This document shows, one piece after another, positions 10,665 to 21,124 of a DNA stretch of 64,000 nucleotides. Made by a program: the position numbers and the translations under genes. The notes beneath the pieces are model-generated. The model saw only the letters and a program-made list of their open reading frames with translations, did no database searches and was not told the origin of the DNA. Source of the DNA: Nitrosopumilus sp. (GTDB taxonomy: Archaea; Thermoproteota; Nitrososphaeria; Nitrososphaerales; Nitrosopumilaceae). The stretch is from positions 128,001 through 192,000 of the forward strand of contig CBDBCE010000004.1 in the NCBI GenBank assembly GCA_965203315.1, in the 5' to 3' direction. The number at the start of each line of letters is the position of its first letter. Position 1 is the stretch's first letter.

Positions 10665-10885
10665 TTAGTTGTCTTTGCATTTTCTGTAGATCGGTTCAAA
10701 GAATGGAGCGGGCAACTTCATGGTGTTAAGATATTTCTTAATTGAAAGTTCTGGATAAGAGTTATGTTTCTCTAGCGTAAATGACCCCATCTCTGGGTGT
10801 TTAAAGTACAAATTACCTTGTTCCATAGTAGGTATCTGCTTGTACCCTAGTATTGACAATACTTTTTTAAAATGATGCCAATTTA
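10665..10885 (-). CDS. HicA-like toxin (start uncertain, possibly frameshifted)
   Basis: INWHHFKKVLSILGYKQ...GNLYFKHPE; HicA-like size and pattern; immediately downstream of HicB-like gene. Confidence 0.5.
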
Positions 10886-11098
10886 TTTTTCAAATTTAAA
10901 CTTCACCATTTGATCGTTTTTTGGAAAGAATTTATGTTTTGTTTCCGGAAATGCTTCTACATAGCCATTTAAGAGTCGTTTTAGATTATCTTTGATCTCA
11001 GACTTTGTCTTGCCTGTAACAAGAATTTCAGGATGGTTGGGGCACTGAGCCAAATACCCTTCGGGAATTTTGAATAAATCAACAGACATTTGTTCCAT
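10883..11098 (-). CDS. HicB-like antitoxin (short, no DNA-binding domain)
   Basis: EGYLAQCPNHPEILVTGKTKSEIKDNLKRLLNGYVE matches the HicB N-terminal pattern. Confidence 0.65.
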   Translation of the reverse strand: MEQMSVDLFKIPEGYLAQCPNHPEILVTGKTKSEIKDNLKRLLNGYVEAFPETKHKFFPKNDQMVKFKFEK

Positions 11099-11266
11099 GT
11101 TTAATTAGTGAAATTGATATTATATAAGCCTACCTTATATAATTGTGATGCTCAATAGATTGATACATTGTTTGGACACACATACTGAACGCTTCTTTAA
11201 AAACCACATTTGATCGCTATGACGACTCATCGTCATCGATTCTAATCCTGCGTGAAACCGTTCAAA

Positions 11267-11406
11267 AGACTGTATGTGTATTTCTTACATCATACGCACA
11301 TTTAAGGTACAATAAAACACAGGTGTAATTTCTAGAGGCAAATTGATTCATTGTTATCGTGTTTGATGATTGGGCATGGGCACTTTCAATAATACGCATA
11401 CAGTCT
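11267..11406. mobile_element. MITE family A, copy 2 (opposite orientation)
   Basis: Same TIRs, 140 bp, flanked by AAA/AAA. Confidence 0.9.
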
Positions 11407-11459
11407 AAAGTAGATTCAGATGATGCCTAGCATATGAGTCGATCTAAATGATCATCCAC

Positions 11460-11755
11460 AAAGCGATCTAAAAGAGGAAATGCAATCACTGTGAAATGTT
11501 TACAAGTTTTCAGATTTCCTGTCTTTGGTATAGTTTACACTAGTAATGTATTCCTCACAATCACAGGATTTCGGATATCTGTCCATCTGCGCTCAAAGCT
11601 CAACACCATCTTATCCTTTGTCAAAATCTGTCCATTTGTCTCACCGAGATTCTCCCTCATCGTTTTTACGGACTATGGGTTTTGACTATAATTGTACAAC
11701 AAACTTTTTCTCCTCTCTGAACACGCAATGTATCTCACGTAAATCGAAAAGATAC
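11460..11755 (-). pseudogene. Degenerate IS end (family B TIR) with possible IS5-type transposase 5' remnant
   Basis: CACGTAAATCGAAAAGATAC at ~11736-11755 matches the family B TIR; inward fragments RKND.., QIL.., RWTDI resemble IS5-family N-termini. Confidence 0.4.
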
Positions 11756-11848
11756 TTACATGTACATGGATGACCGTTTGTCCATCTTGTTTCTACGCCT
11801 CACAATCTAGACGGAATCTAAAAAAAATAGATGAATGGGAGTCGTCGA

Positions 11849-12265
11849 CTATATTCCAGATGCTTCTGATGGATGAAATACGATGACGCCGACCCATTCT
11901 GATACACTTTTGAGTGCTCTATCTGATGTTATGAGAGTTAGGTTCTTTGCTTTGCATAGACTTAGTATCTTGTTGTCTCCATTGTGACATAGATGAAACT
12001 GTTCTGACATCTTTTTCGCATCTACGATGTTGTCTGTATTGACCTTTTGCACCTCTATCTCTCGTCCTAAAAGTTTCTCAACCTTTGAGATTATGTTTTC
12101 AGACATGTATCCACGTACACGTCTTACTTCTTTCAAGACTACATCGCACAAGACGATCTTTATCGATTTGCCTCTTAGTTGGGCTTTCAGCCCCGATGCT
12201 TTCTTTGGTTCGTCCATGATGGCTATCACGACACACGAATCAAGCATGACTTTTCTTATGTTCAT
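11849..12265 (-). CDS. PIN-domain (VapC-like) nuclease
   Basis: VMLDSCVVI, VLKEV, GDNKIL, LITSDRAL: the four acidic PIN positions; likely start MNIRK. Confidence 0.85.
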   Translation of the reverse strand: MNIRKVMLDSCVVIAIMDEPKKASGLKAQLRGKSIKIVLCDVVLKEVRRVRGYMSENIISKVEKLLGREIEVQKVNTDNIVDAKKMSEQFHLCHNGDNKILSLCKAKNLTLITSDRALKSVSEWVGVIVFHPSEASGI

Positions 12266-12328
12266 AGACTTCTTGATACATACAAAATTATTATATACTA
12301 CACACATACTATACATACTAGACATACT
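12266..12328. promoter_or_regulatory. Divergent promoter region with ATACTA direct repeats
   Basis: ATACTA at 12295, 12306, 12315, 12324; TTATATA box at ~12291. Confidence 0.5.
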
Positions 12329-13084
12329 ATGAAAATAATTGAGAATTTACGTGTACATGTAGCACCTGTTGGCTTTGAGATCGATAGAATAGTCCTGCCT
12401 GCAAAGAATATGAAGGCAGATCGAGTATATCTACTCGTACATGACAATCCTAGTCTCGACAAGGCAACAAAGTTCTATGATAGAATTGAAAAAAGCCTGA
12501 AAGAGGCAAATATTGAGACTGTACGGGAGAGTCATGATCGTCTAGATATGTTCAAGATTATAAAGTCAGTAAAAACAATCGCTGAAAAAGAGAAGGGAAA
12601 CACAATCTACATCAATCTGGCATCCGGCTCCAAGATTCAATCTATTGCATCTATGATTGCATCTATGATGTTCAATGATGATGCTAACATACATCCATTT
12701 TATGTAGAAGCAGAAAAGTATGTGGGATTTTCTGACAAAGCAATATCTTCTGAAAAGCCGATATCTTCTGGAATAAAAGAGATCCAATCTGTTCCTACAT
12801 ATGAGATACGAAAGCCGGCTCAGCGACATATAGATGCTCTCCAAATAGTTGTAGAGAGTGAAGGTCGACTATCGAAGAAGGAGATGGCTCGTATTGCAAA
12901 GGAGAGAAGACTCATTACAGTTAATGCCACAAACGAAAGTCAAGCTACCTTTGCCAGTCTCGACAAGAATATAATTCGTCCATTGGAAGATCAGTGGAAA
13001 TTTATCAAGGTAGAAAAGATTGGGCGAAACAGATGGATTCAAGTTACAGAACACGGACAAAATGCTGCAAAATTTCTACTTTAA
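12329..13084 (+). CDS. DUF6293/HFX_2341-like CARF-fold plus winged-HTH regulator
   Basis: RVHVAPVGFEIDRI, IYINLASGSK (CARF-like NxxxGxK), C-terminal wHTH (IIRPLEDQWKFIKVEKIGRNRWIQVTEHG). Confidence 0.78.
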   Translation: MKIIENLRVHVAPVGFEIDRIVLPAKNMKADRVYLLVHDNPSLDKATKFYDRIEKSLKEANIETVRESHDRLDMFKIIKSVKTIAEKEKGNTIYINLASGSKIQSIASMIASMMFNDDANIHPFYVEAEKYVGFSDKAISSEKPISSGIKEIQSVPTYEIRKPAQRHIDALQIVVESEGRLSKKEMARIAKERRLITVNATNESQATFASLDKNIIRPLEDQWKFIKVEKIGRNRWIQVTEHGQNAAKFLL

Positions 13085-13248
13085 CATGAACAAAAATCTT
13101 TAAGCTTGGACAGATGACACGAACACATCTCAATTCTCGCATGTTATTTTGTTATCGTGCTAGATCGACCCTCCGATGAATGTTTTGATCAATTAGTGAT
13201 TCAGACTTTGTCTAGACATCCCGATCAGAATTATGCGGGTACAGTTTG

Positions 13249-13367
13249 GGATCTTTTCGATTTATGTGGGGTAGCATTTTACAAGACAGCCCTTGCTAAA
13301 TTTTCCCCATAGAATCTCATAGTGCTGTCTCCATAACCATTCTATCCCACGTAAATCGAAAAGATCC
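13249..13367. mobile_element. MITE family B
   Basis: GGATCTTTTCGATTTATGTGGGGTAG ... CTATCCCACGTAAATCGAAAAGATCC, ~26-bp imperfect TIR, 119 bp. Confidence 0.85.
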
Positions 13368-13688
13368 GAGAAAGTGTCCTGACTGTGGGTCTAGTCTGAG
13401 GCGGATATTTCACTCCTAGATCCATATCTCCGTTAACTAAAACGAATACAAATCACGGTTGTTTTGTAGAGGGATTACCAGCATATGATCTCTATGGTTT
13501 GTTGTGACAATACGTATTGTGATCAAACATTTAATCGTCTAATGTTTACAAAACTTATTGATAATTGGTAGACATGTCAAGATCAGTCAAGTGGACAGAA
13601 TCGACTCGTCTAGGGCACATATAAAAACATTACGTATCATAGATACGACTCTCATATATAGTAAAAAAGTTATACAACAATTAATAAC

Positions 13689-14636
13689 ATGAATAAGGTA
13701 CAAATCGCCACATCACGCTTGGTTGCTATACTCTTAGTGCCCGGCATAGTATTGGCACAAAACACGGACACAAACCAATCCAAATCTGAGATTGAACCAG
13801 AAGATGATGCAGTTGGATCAACTGGTAATGTTGGCTTGACACAATATGAAAAGTTTATGTTAGAAAATACGCCCAGTTTACAAAATGTTTCTAAAGAGCA
13901 AAAAGACAATTATCTTCAAAAATTTAAAGAATTCAGAACAAGTTTATCTGGTTATGAAGCTAATATAATGGACAAGTTGGAAGATTTAGCTATTGCTGAA
14001 TCTGAACTAAAAGATGCAAAAGAATCAAATAAAGATGAAAAAACAATACAAAAATATGAATCTCTGAAGGCCTTGAGAATTTTTGAGTTGGAGGATCTTG
14101 GTGTTCCTACGACCGATAGACTAAATGCTAATCCTGACTATTGGATGAAAAAAGCTATTGCTGCAAAAAATTTCGTTGAAAATAATGACACGCAAAAAAT
14201 TTCTGGAGAATATAATGACTCTACAATAACCTATGTCCATGCAACTAATTCTGCCCTAACACGAACTTCTATTATCTGGGTTCCTTGCTGGAATAATAAT
14301 TTTCAAGTAAGCTGTCCTAATCTTAATTGGGGGTGGAATACTGGCAGTACTACAACTGCATTTTGGTTCATTCCAACTGATGGCGCTATGAGTTTTGGAA
14401 GTCAGATATGTAATGACAAAAATATTGGACATGATAAAATTCATTACAGCGTGCGAATAGAACGTGATATTACCAGTATCTTTGGAACTTCATTGTATGA
14501 TTATGATCGTACAACCATCGAAAGTCTTGATGCTGATAGTGTCCAATGTGATGATACAACGATACACAAATCTGTCAATGCTGGAAGTCGTGCAGACCTA
14601 ACTACTTCTCTTAGTAACATTTCTGTTACTGGTTAA
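13689..14636 (+). CDS. Secreted hypothetical protein
   Basis: Signal-peptide-like N-terminus, charged helical region, Cys/Trp-containing beta-rich C-terminus; AT-rich. Confidence 0.75.
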   Translation: MNKVQIATSRLVAILLVPGIVLAQNTDTNQSKSEIEPEDDAVGSTGNVGLTQYEKFMLENTPSLQNVSKEQKDNYLQKFKEFRTSLSGYEANIMDKLEDLAIAESELKDAKESNKDEKTIQKYESLKALRIFELEDLGVPTTDRLNANPDYWMKKAIAAKNFVENNDTQKISGEYNDSTITYVHATNSALTRTSIIWVPCWNNNFQVSCPNLNWGWNTGSTTTAFWFIPTDGAMSFGSQICNDKNIGHDKIHYSVRIERDITSIFGTSLYDYDRTTIESLDADSVQCDDTTIHKSVNAGSRADLTTSLSNISVTG

Positions 14637-14653
14637 CCATTCCTTTTTTAATT

Positions 14654-14920
14654 TTGACACCTAAAACTAAAGTCATTATTGGCATTGTATTAGTTTTTAT
14701 ATCTGGATTATTATCAAGTTATTTTATTTCTGTAGTCTTAATAGAATTTGGCGGGGCTAGGTTATATGATGATATAAAAAATTCAAATGACATTACAGAT
14801 GTCCAAAAACCTGATATGTATTTTATTGTTAGTTTACTTGTAACAGGAAGTTATGGATTACCATTTCTTATTATTGGTATTTATTTAATTATGGGTTCCG
14901 TTAACTTATCTAGAGTATAG
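14654..14920 (+). CDS. Small two-TM membrane protein
   Basis: Two hydrophobic helices around a short polar loop. Confidence 0.65.
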   Translation: MTPKTKVIIGIVLVFISGLLSSYFISVVLIEFGGARLYDDIKNSNDITDVQKPDMYFIVSLLVTGSYGLPFLIIGIYLIMGSVNLSRV

Positions 14921-14921
14921 T

Positions 14922-15018
14922 AGACTGTATGCGTATTATTAAGAATGACCATGTCCAATCATCAAACATGATAACATGAACCAATTTGCCTCTAGAAATC
15001 ACACTTGTGTTTTATGTA
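14922..15018. mobile_element. MITE family A, truncated copy 3
   Basis: Left TIR and ~97 bp of internal sequence; broken at IS481 remnant. Confidence 0.8.
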
Positions 15019-15034
15019 CTGTCTTGTACTGAAA

Positions 15035-15745
15035 TTATTTAAATTCAGAGTTTTCGTTTGCCCAGTTGGGATTCTTTCTAATTTTGGCACTGGCACGTTT
15101 ATTTTTAAATGCCTTCAGAGGTGTTTCGCCGTTATCAATATATAGTGAGAAATAAAGTCTGTCTTTGTTATAGTAATTGATGTATACTCTTATGCTCTTG
15201 GAATGTTTAATTTCTGATTCAAATGTTCCAAAGAATCTCTCCAATTTGCCATTAGTCTGAGGATGATTTGCTCTTGCAAGTATTTGTTTTATTTTTCGTT
15301 TGCTTAATTCTGCTTCAAATAATGTAAGTTTTTTACGCCCGTTCTTTGGTTTTTTAGCAGATGTAAATTGCGTTCCACGATCAGATAGTATCTGTGCCGG
15401 TACGCCAAACTTTTTGATAGCTTTTCTCAACACACTGACCACATTTGCTGACGTTGCATGTTTAAAGACCCCAAAACCTGTGATGCATCTAGAAGCATCG
15501 TCTAGGTAGCAAATCAGGTATAGAGTTCCCCCATCTTGGGTCATCTATTGCGTGCCAGTCTACATGCCACATGGCGTTAGAGTATTTCCTCTCAAAACGA
15601 ATCTAGCTCCGACGTTTTCGCTTTGTAGGTGATGGAGTGATTAGACCCTTTTCGTACATTATCTTTCGTACATTATCTTTCGTACATCTCTGTAACTGAT
15701 TTGTATGCGCAAACGTCGTAATTCTTTTGTAATACGAACTACACC
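15035..15745 (-). pseudogene. IS481-family transposase pseudogene
   Basis: FERKYSNAMWHVDW (frameshift at G-run ~15528-15532) LICYLDDASR, ILSDRGTQF, HPQTNGKLERFF. Confidence 0.85.
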
Positions 15746-15781
15746 AAAATGATTATTTTGTAGTTAATTCTAACCTTTCTC

Positions 15782-18700
15782 ATGGTTCATGTGAAAAAGG
15801 TTGAGATCTTTGGGTTCAAATCGTTCGGTTTTAAAAAGACTGAAGTGACGTTTGAGCCTGGTCTCATGTCGATCTCTGGCCCAAACGGATCTGGCAAGAG
15901 CAACATCTTGGACGCAATAATCTTTGCGATGGGTGAGAACAAGCCAAGGATGATGAGGGTTGATCGGCTTCGCGCACTAATCCATGATATTCCAGGCAAT
16001 AAACGTGGTCCGTTGCTAGCTAGATCTAGCGTGCACTTTGACAATCATGATAGAAAGATCCCATTATCTCTCGACACTGTCGTAATAACCCGTGAGATGG
16101 ATGAGGGTGGTGAGAGTACATACTTTCTGAACGGTAAAAAAGAGGCTAGAAATAGAATCTTGAGCCTGCTTGATATGGCAAATGCTGGTATTGGCCAACT
16201 CAATGCTGTACAACAAGGAACTGTAACTAGAATATCCGAGTTTACATCTGATGAACGACGCAAGACCATTGAGGACATGATCGGTCTATCTTATTTTGAC
16301 GAACAAAAGATTGCTGCTGAAAAAAAGTTACATGATGCAGATCAAAAACTACAAATATCTTTTGCAAAGATGGATGAGATCAAGCACAATATTGATCAAC
16401 TCGATGAGGATCGTAATCAAAAACTTCGTTATGATCTACTGGTATGTGAACTAGAACGATACAAAGCTGTTGCTGCGGCTGATAGCATGTACAAGATATC
16501 ATTGCATGTATCAGACAAGAACTCAAAACTGTCTGATATCAAACTTGTCATAAATGATCTTCAATCTAGACAGAATGCGATAGATTATGATATTTTACAG
16601 ATCGAAGATGCTAGATCAAAACTACTTGAAAAGACTAAATCTCATGAACGAGAAAAAGCTGCACTAGAACGTGAGATCAGTTCTGCTGTTTATGGATCTA
16701 GAGAGTATGAGAGCAGGATCGAGTCAATAAAGAAACGCATGTCGTCAATCGATACTAGGCTTCCAGAGATCGATCTAGAGATAAAACAAAGACAATCCGA
16801 TCGTGACATGTTGCAGCAAAGTTTAGATGACACTAGAAAACTAGTTGAAACTCTTAGCGTTGAGATATCTAAAATTGATCAAAGAAAGATTACTACAACA
16901 TTAGATAAAAATAAACTCTATGCTCAAGAAGCAGACATAGCAGCAAAAAGGGACGAGCTAAATGAAAAGATTCGTAGTTTGCAATCACAACGTAATGATA
17001 TCGTTCAAAAGCGTGGAGAATCAGAGACTGCATTAAAACATTACAATGATCTCATAGCAAAAAATACTGCAAAACATCTAGCTCTAACTAATGGAATTGA
17101 ACTGCTTAATATTCAAAGTAAAAGACTCAAGTCCAGCATTGAGAATCACGATAGCACTGTTATTACATTAAATTCTAGGATTGCAAAACATACTGCAAAA
17201 AAGAACAAACTAGAGAGTTCTGTTAAAAAACTGGATACCATCTTAGATACATCTAGTCACGCTGTAACTAAACATGAATCAAAATTAAATATGGTAAAAA
17301 AACTTATGCATGAAGATTATTCCATCGCAAAACTAAAAGAGAATGCAGATACCCTTGGAATTCTCGGTCTAGTCTATGAGGTAATATCGTGGAATCAAGA
17401 GTATGAGCGTGCAATCATCGCAGCTAGTTCTGATTGGATAAAAGCAATAATTGTTAGAGATTTTACAACGATGCTTGGTATCGGTGAAGCAGTACGTCTC
17501 AAAAATCTTCCAAAGATAAAGATCATTCCTCTAGACACTATACCGCCTCTTAAAATATCGATCCCCAAGGGACATGGTATTTTGGGTTCTCTATCTGACT
17601 ATGTACAATGCGATGATACATATGTTGCACTTAAGACATTCCTCTTTGGTGGAATAATCCTTACCGATACTCGCGAGTCAGCACTTGGGTTATCTAAACG
17701 AGGATACAAAACAGTGACTACTAGTGGAGAATTCTTTGAAGCTAGAGGGGGACCAATTATAATTGATATTAACTCAAAGATATCAAAACTGACTAAACTC
17801 ATCTCAGCTGGAAGTAGCATCGACGAACTCACCAAATACATTAGAGCCCTTAAAAGAGCACAACAAAAAAAGATACGTGGTATACAAAAGATCGACAAAC
17901 ACATAAAATCTGACTATGATCGACTAGCTCTTACTAGATCAACTCTAACTAATGCCCAGTTTACATACAATCAACTACAAAACACAATCTCATCAAAAGA
18001 ACAAATTAAAATGAAACTCTCTGCAGAGATCGACAAACAGAGCGCACAAAAGGCTATACATGAATCTGACATACAGAAAAGTATTCCACTCATTGAATCG
18101 ATCGACCAAGATATTGCTCTAGTTAAAAAGAACTATTCTATAGGACAAAATAGTCAAATTGATACAGAACTACGTGAAATAAACACTAGACTCCAAGAGA
18201 TTGATGATGAATACAACAAATTAGAACAGAATTATCGTAATGTATCTAATGACTTGGTCCGACTCGAGTCCAAAGACAATCAGTACCAATCTGATATAAA
18301 CATGCTTCATAAAGAGATACGTGATATAACTTCTGAAAAGACGTCATTATCTGAACAGATTGAAACTGTCACTGCACAACATGCCTCTCAACAAAAAGTT
18401 TTATCTGATTTAAGAGATAGAGAGCAAGAGTTTATTGCAACACAAGGTGTATCTGCTGATATAGAAAGATATGATAGACAGCTCTCCATAAAACGTAATC
18501 ATAAAGATGTACTTTACAAAGATATTCACTCTTTAGATAAAGCAGAGACTTCTATCTCTAGAGATCTGCGAGAACTGCACTCTAAACAGAATGATCTCCA
18601 AAAGATACTCACTGTGTCTGGTTTTAAAGCATCTGTAGCAACATTTGATGTTGCAACAATAATTCAAGAACTGCAATCTGAGATTAATACTATTGGTCAA

Positions 18701-19294
18701 CTCAATGCTAAGGCTCCAGAATCATATCTTGAAATATCATCTGGTTATCGTTCGATGTCTAGCAGAAAGAATATCCTCGAAGGAGAACGAGATCGTATAG
18801 TGAACTTTATTAATGATATTGAAAAAGATAAGCGCCAAAAGTTTTTTAGTGCGTTTGAGCTAGTAGACAAAGAGATTCGTCTTATATTTAATACGATGAC
18901 CGGTGGTGAAGCATGGTTGGAACTACAAGATGAGGTTGATATATTCAACTCTGGTATATCGTATCTGATTCAATTTCCAAATAAACCAAAACGTGAATCT
19001 ACATCAATAAGCGGTGGTGAAAAGACGCTAGCGGCCATAGTATTCGTCCTCGCGCTTCAGAGATTACAACCATCTCCATTTTATCTATTTGATGAAGTGG
19101 ATGCACATCTTGATGGTCCAAACGCTGAACGCTTATCAAATATTCTTGCAGAAAGATCAAAACAGAGCCAATTTCTGATGGTGTCTCTAAAAGACTCTGT
19201 TGTCGAAAAGGCACAAAAGATCTATGGTGTATTTCCAAAGAATGGTGTGTCTAACGTGATCGTATACAAAGACAAAAAGATACCACAGCTGTGA
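15782..19294 (+). CDS. smc: Chromosome segregation protein SMC
   Basis: GPNGSGKSN Walker A, coiled coils and hinge, SGGEK signature, FDEVD Walker B. Confidence 0.96.
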   Translation: MVHVKKVEIFGFKSFGFKKTEVTFEPGLMSISGPNGSGKSNILDAIIFAMGENKPRMMRVDRLRALIHDIPGNKRGPLLARSSVHFDNHDRKIPLSLDTVVITREMDEGGESTYFLNGKKEARNRILSLLDMANAGIGQLNAVQQGTVTRISEFTSDERRKTIEDMIGLSYFDEQKIAAEKKLHDADQKLQISFAKMDEIKHNIDQLDEDRNQKLRYDLLVCELERYKAVAAADSMYKISLHVSDKNSKLSDIKLVINDLQSRQNAIDYDILQIEDARSKLLEKTKSHEREKAALEREISSAVYGSREYESRIESIKKRMSSIDTRLPEIDLEIKQRQSDRDMLQQSLDDTRKLVETLSVEISKIDQRKITTTLDKNKLYAQEADIAAKRDELNEKIRSLQSQRNDIVQKRGESETALKHYNDLIAKNTAKHLALTNGIELLNIQSKRLKSSIENHDSTVITLNSRIAKHTAKKNKLESSVKKLDTILDTSSHAVTKHESKLNMVKKLMHEDYSIAKLKENADTLGILGLVYEVISWNQEYERAIIAASSDWIKAIIVRDFTTMLGIGEAVRLKNLPKIKIIPLDTIPPLKISIPKGHGILGSLSDYVQCDDTYVALKTFLFGGIILTDTRESALGLSKRGYKTVTTSGEFFEARGGPIIIDINSKISKLTKLISAGSSIDELTKYIRALKRAQQKKIRGIQKIDKHIKSDYDRLALTRSTLTNAQFTYNQLQNTISSKEQIKMKLSAEIDKQSAQKAIHESDIQKSIPLIESIDQDIALVKKNYSIGQNSQIDTELREINTRLQEIDDEYNKLEQNYRNVSNDLVRLESKDNQYQSDINMLHKEIRDITSEKTSLSEQIETVTAQHASQQKVLSDLRDREQEFIATQGVSADIERYDRQLSIKRNHKDVLYKDIHSLDKAETSISRDLRELHSKQNDLQKILTVSGFKASVATFDVATIIQELQSEINTIGQLNAKAPESYLEISSGYRSMSSRKNILEGERDRIVNFINDIEKDKRQKFFSAFELVDKEIRLIFNTMTGGEAWLELQDEVDIFNSGISYLIQFPNKPKRESTSISGGEKTLAAIVFVLALQRLQPSPFYLFDEVDAHLDGPNAERLSNILAERSKQSQFLMVSLKDSVVEKAQKIYGVFPKNGVSNVIVYKDKKIPQL

Positions 19295-19331
19295 TCGTCT
19301 AGCGATAATGTCTAAAGACGAATCTATATCT

Positions 19332-20297
19332 CTAATCGAGATCAATATGACACGATATGTGATGCGTATCTGTGATCTGACGTAACTTTGGTTCGACCTC
19401 ACACTCTTTTATTGCATGCGGACATCTTGCTCTAAATTTACATCCCTCTAGTATCTGTGATGACTCTATGATTTTGATCTCTTTGGTCTTTGATAGATTT
19501 TCTGGATCAGGTTCTGATATTGCGCTTATCAAGGCTTGCGTGTATGGATGTTTTGGATTATCTAATACTTTTTGTATCGGTCCTATCTCAACTATGCTTC
19601 CTTGATACATCACTGCAATATTGTCTCCAAAATGTCTGGCAGTTGCAAGATCATGTGTGATGTAGATGAATGTTATGTTGTTTTTGGTTTGCAGATCTTT
19701 CATCAACTCTAAAATCTCTGCTCTTATTGAGACATCTAGCATAGATACTGGTTCATCTGCTATAATTATTCTCGGCTTCAATATCAATGCTCTTGCTAGT
19801 ACAACGCGTTGTCTCTGTCCTCCTGAGAGCATATGTGGATATCTATTGAGGATATCTTTTACTGATTCAAGCTTTACTTCACTCAGAACCTCTAGTAACC
19901 GTCCTCTTCGTTCTTTGGTATTTTTAGTACTGTGAATCTCTAATGGCTCAGATATGATATCTTTTACTTTCATTCTCGGATTGATCGAGTCGTATGGATC
20001 TTGTTGTACCATCTGGCAGTTTGCTCTAATCTCTTCTAGATTTGATTCGTCACTATGTACACCATCAAAGTATATCTTACCCGAATCTGGTTCTATTGCT
20101 CTTAGAATCAATCTTGCTATGGTAGATTTACCAGAACCTGACTCTCCTGCTATTACAAACACTTCATTCTGTTTAATTGAGAAAGATGCATCATCTACTG
20201 CCCGAACTCTAATCTCTGGTCCTAAAAATCCCTTCTTGACAAAATGTTTTGTTAAATGTTCTACTCGAAGTATCTCAGTGGTGTTATTTGATATCAC
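19332..20297 (-). CDS. Oligopeptide/dipeptide ABC transporter ATP-binding subunit
   Basis: GESGSGKST, LSGGQRQR, ADEPVSMLD, HPYTQAL, C-terminal Cys cluster. Confidence 0.92.
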   Translation of the reverse strand: MISNNTTEILRVEHLTKHFVKKGFLGPEIRVRAVDDASFSIKQNEVFVIAGESGSGKSTIARLILRAIEPDSGKIYFDGVHSDESNLEEIRANCQMVQQDPYDSINPRMKVKDIISEPLEIHSTKNTKERRGRLLEVLSEVKLESVKDILNRYPHMLSGGQRQRVVLARALILKPRIIIADEPVSMLDVSIRAEILELMKDLQTKNNITFIYITHDLATARHFGDNIAVMYQGSIVEIGPIQKVLDNPKHPYTQALISAISEPDPENLSKTKEIKIIESSQILEGCKFRARCPHAIKECEVEPKLRQITDTHHISCHIDLD

Positions 20298-20474
20298 TGG
20301 TGTGCATTAGACTCACTAGTATATCATTCATCTCTTTATTAGAGAGTCTGCATTTGATTGGTTCCTTTTAACTCATGGGGAGGAGGGCGGAGTGACTATG
20401 GAGTGTTATGAATGTCGTGTCAAACAATGTGTGTTGATTGGAATGATCTTGCAATGACCTTTGGTTACCGATAT

Positions 20475-20560
20475 GGATCTCTTCGGTTTATGTGGGATGA
20501 TATTGTACAAGACTGTTCTCACTGAATTTTCTCTATAGAATCATGTAGTACTTTTTCTGT
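20475..20560. mobile_element. MITE family B, truncated by family A copy
   Basis: GGATCTCTTCGGTTTATGTGGGATG left end. Confidence 0.7.
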
Positions 20561-20702
20561 AGACTGTATGCATATTTCTTATGTCTCGTATATGTTTTGA
20601 GGTACAATGAAACACACATGTGTGATTTCTAAAGGCAAATTGGTTCATTGTTACCATGTTTGATGATTGGGTATGACACTCTCAATAATACGCATACAGT
20701 CT
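20561..20702. mobile_element. MITE family A, copy 4
   Basis: Both TIRs present; no matching TSD. Confidence 0.85.
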
Positions 20703-20756
20703 ACTGAACAGTTGAACAACGCAATAAAGAAAATTGAAGAACTGGAATACCAATAA

Positions 20757-21083
20757 TCAAGTCACATTTTCATCTTGTAATCTAGTTTTAACTTTCATAG
20801 AGTCGCCTAATTTGAATCCACTTCTATTTGTGTATAAATGAGCAAGGAACTGAAACAATACCTCCAACATACCTTTCTTCTTGAATGTCCTTATAGCTTT
20901 GTAATGGCAGAAACTATGGTTGACAGAATTCTTTGACATAATATCATCTAAAATAGAATTTAACATAGCTCTTTGTTCTGAATCTAAATTGCATATTACG
21001 ACATGAGAAATAGGTGCTTTATCTTGATGATTTGGTTTCGATAAATGCATATTCACTATAATATCATCAGACATGTAGATCAT
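20757..21083 (-). CDS. Hypothetical protein
   Basis: 108-aa ORF with upstream TTATAAAC box; no motif recognised. Confidence 0.45.
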   Translation of the reverse strand: MIYMSDDIIVNMHLSKPNHQDKAPISHVVICNLDSEQRAMLNSILDDIMSKNSVNHSFCHYKAIRTFKKKGMLEVLFQFLAHLYTNRSGFKLGDSMKVKTRLQDENVT

Positions 21084-21111
21084 ATATTGAATCTTGTTTA
21101 TAATAGTTGTT

Positions 21112-21124
21112 GGGGGGGGGGGGG
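21112..21124. repeat. G13 homopolymer
   Basis: 13 consecutive G in an AT-rich genome. Confidence 0.9.

Noticed and set aside
15650-15687. Short tandem duplications here and at ~21327, ~37382 and ~63200
   Set aside because: Only 2-3 copies of short (under 15 bp) units in decaying or intergenic DNA; consistent with replication slippage
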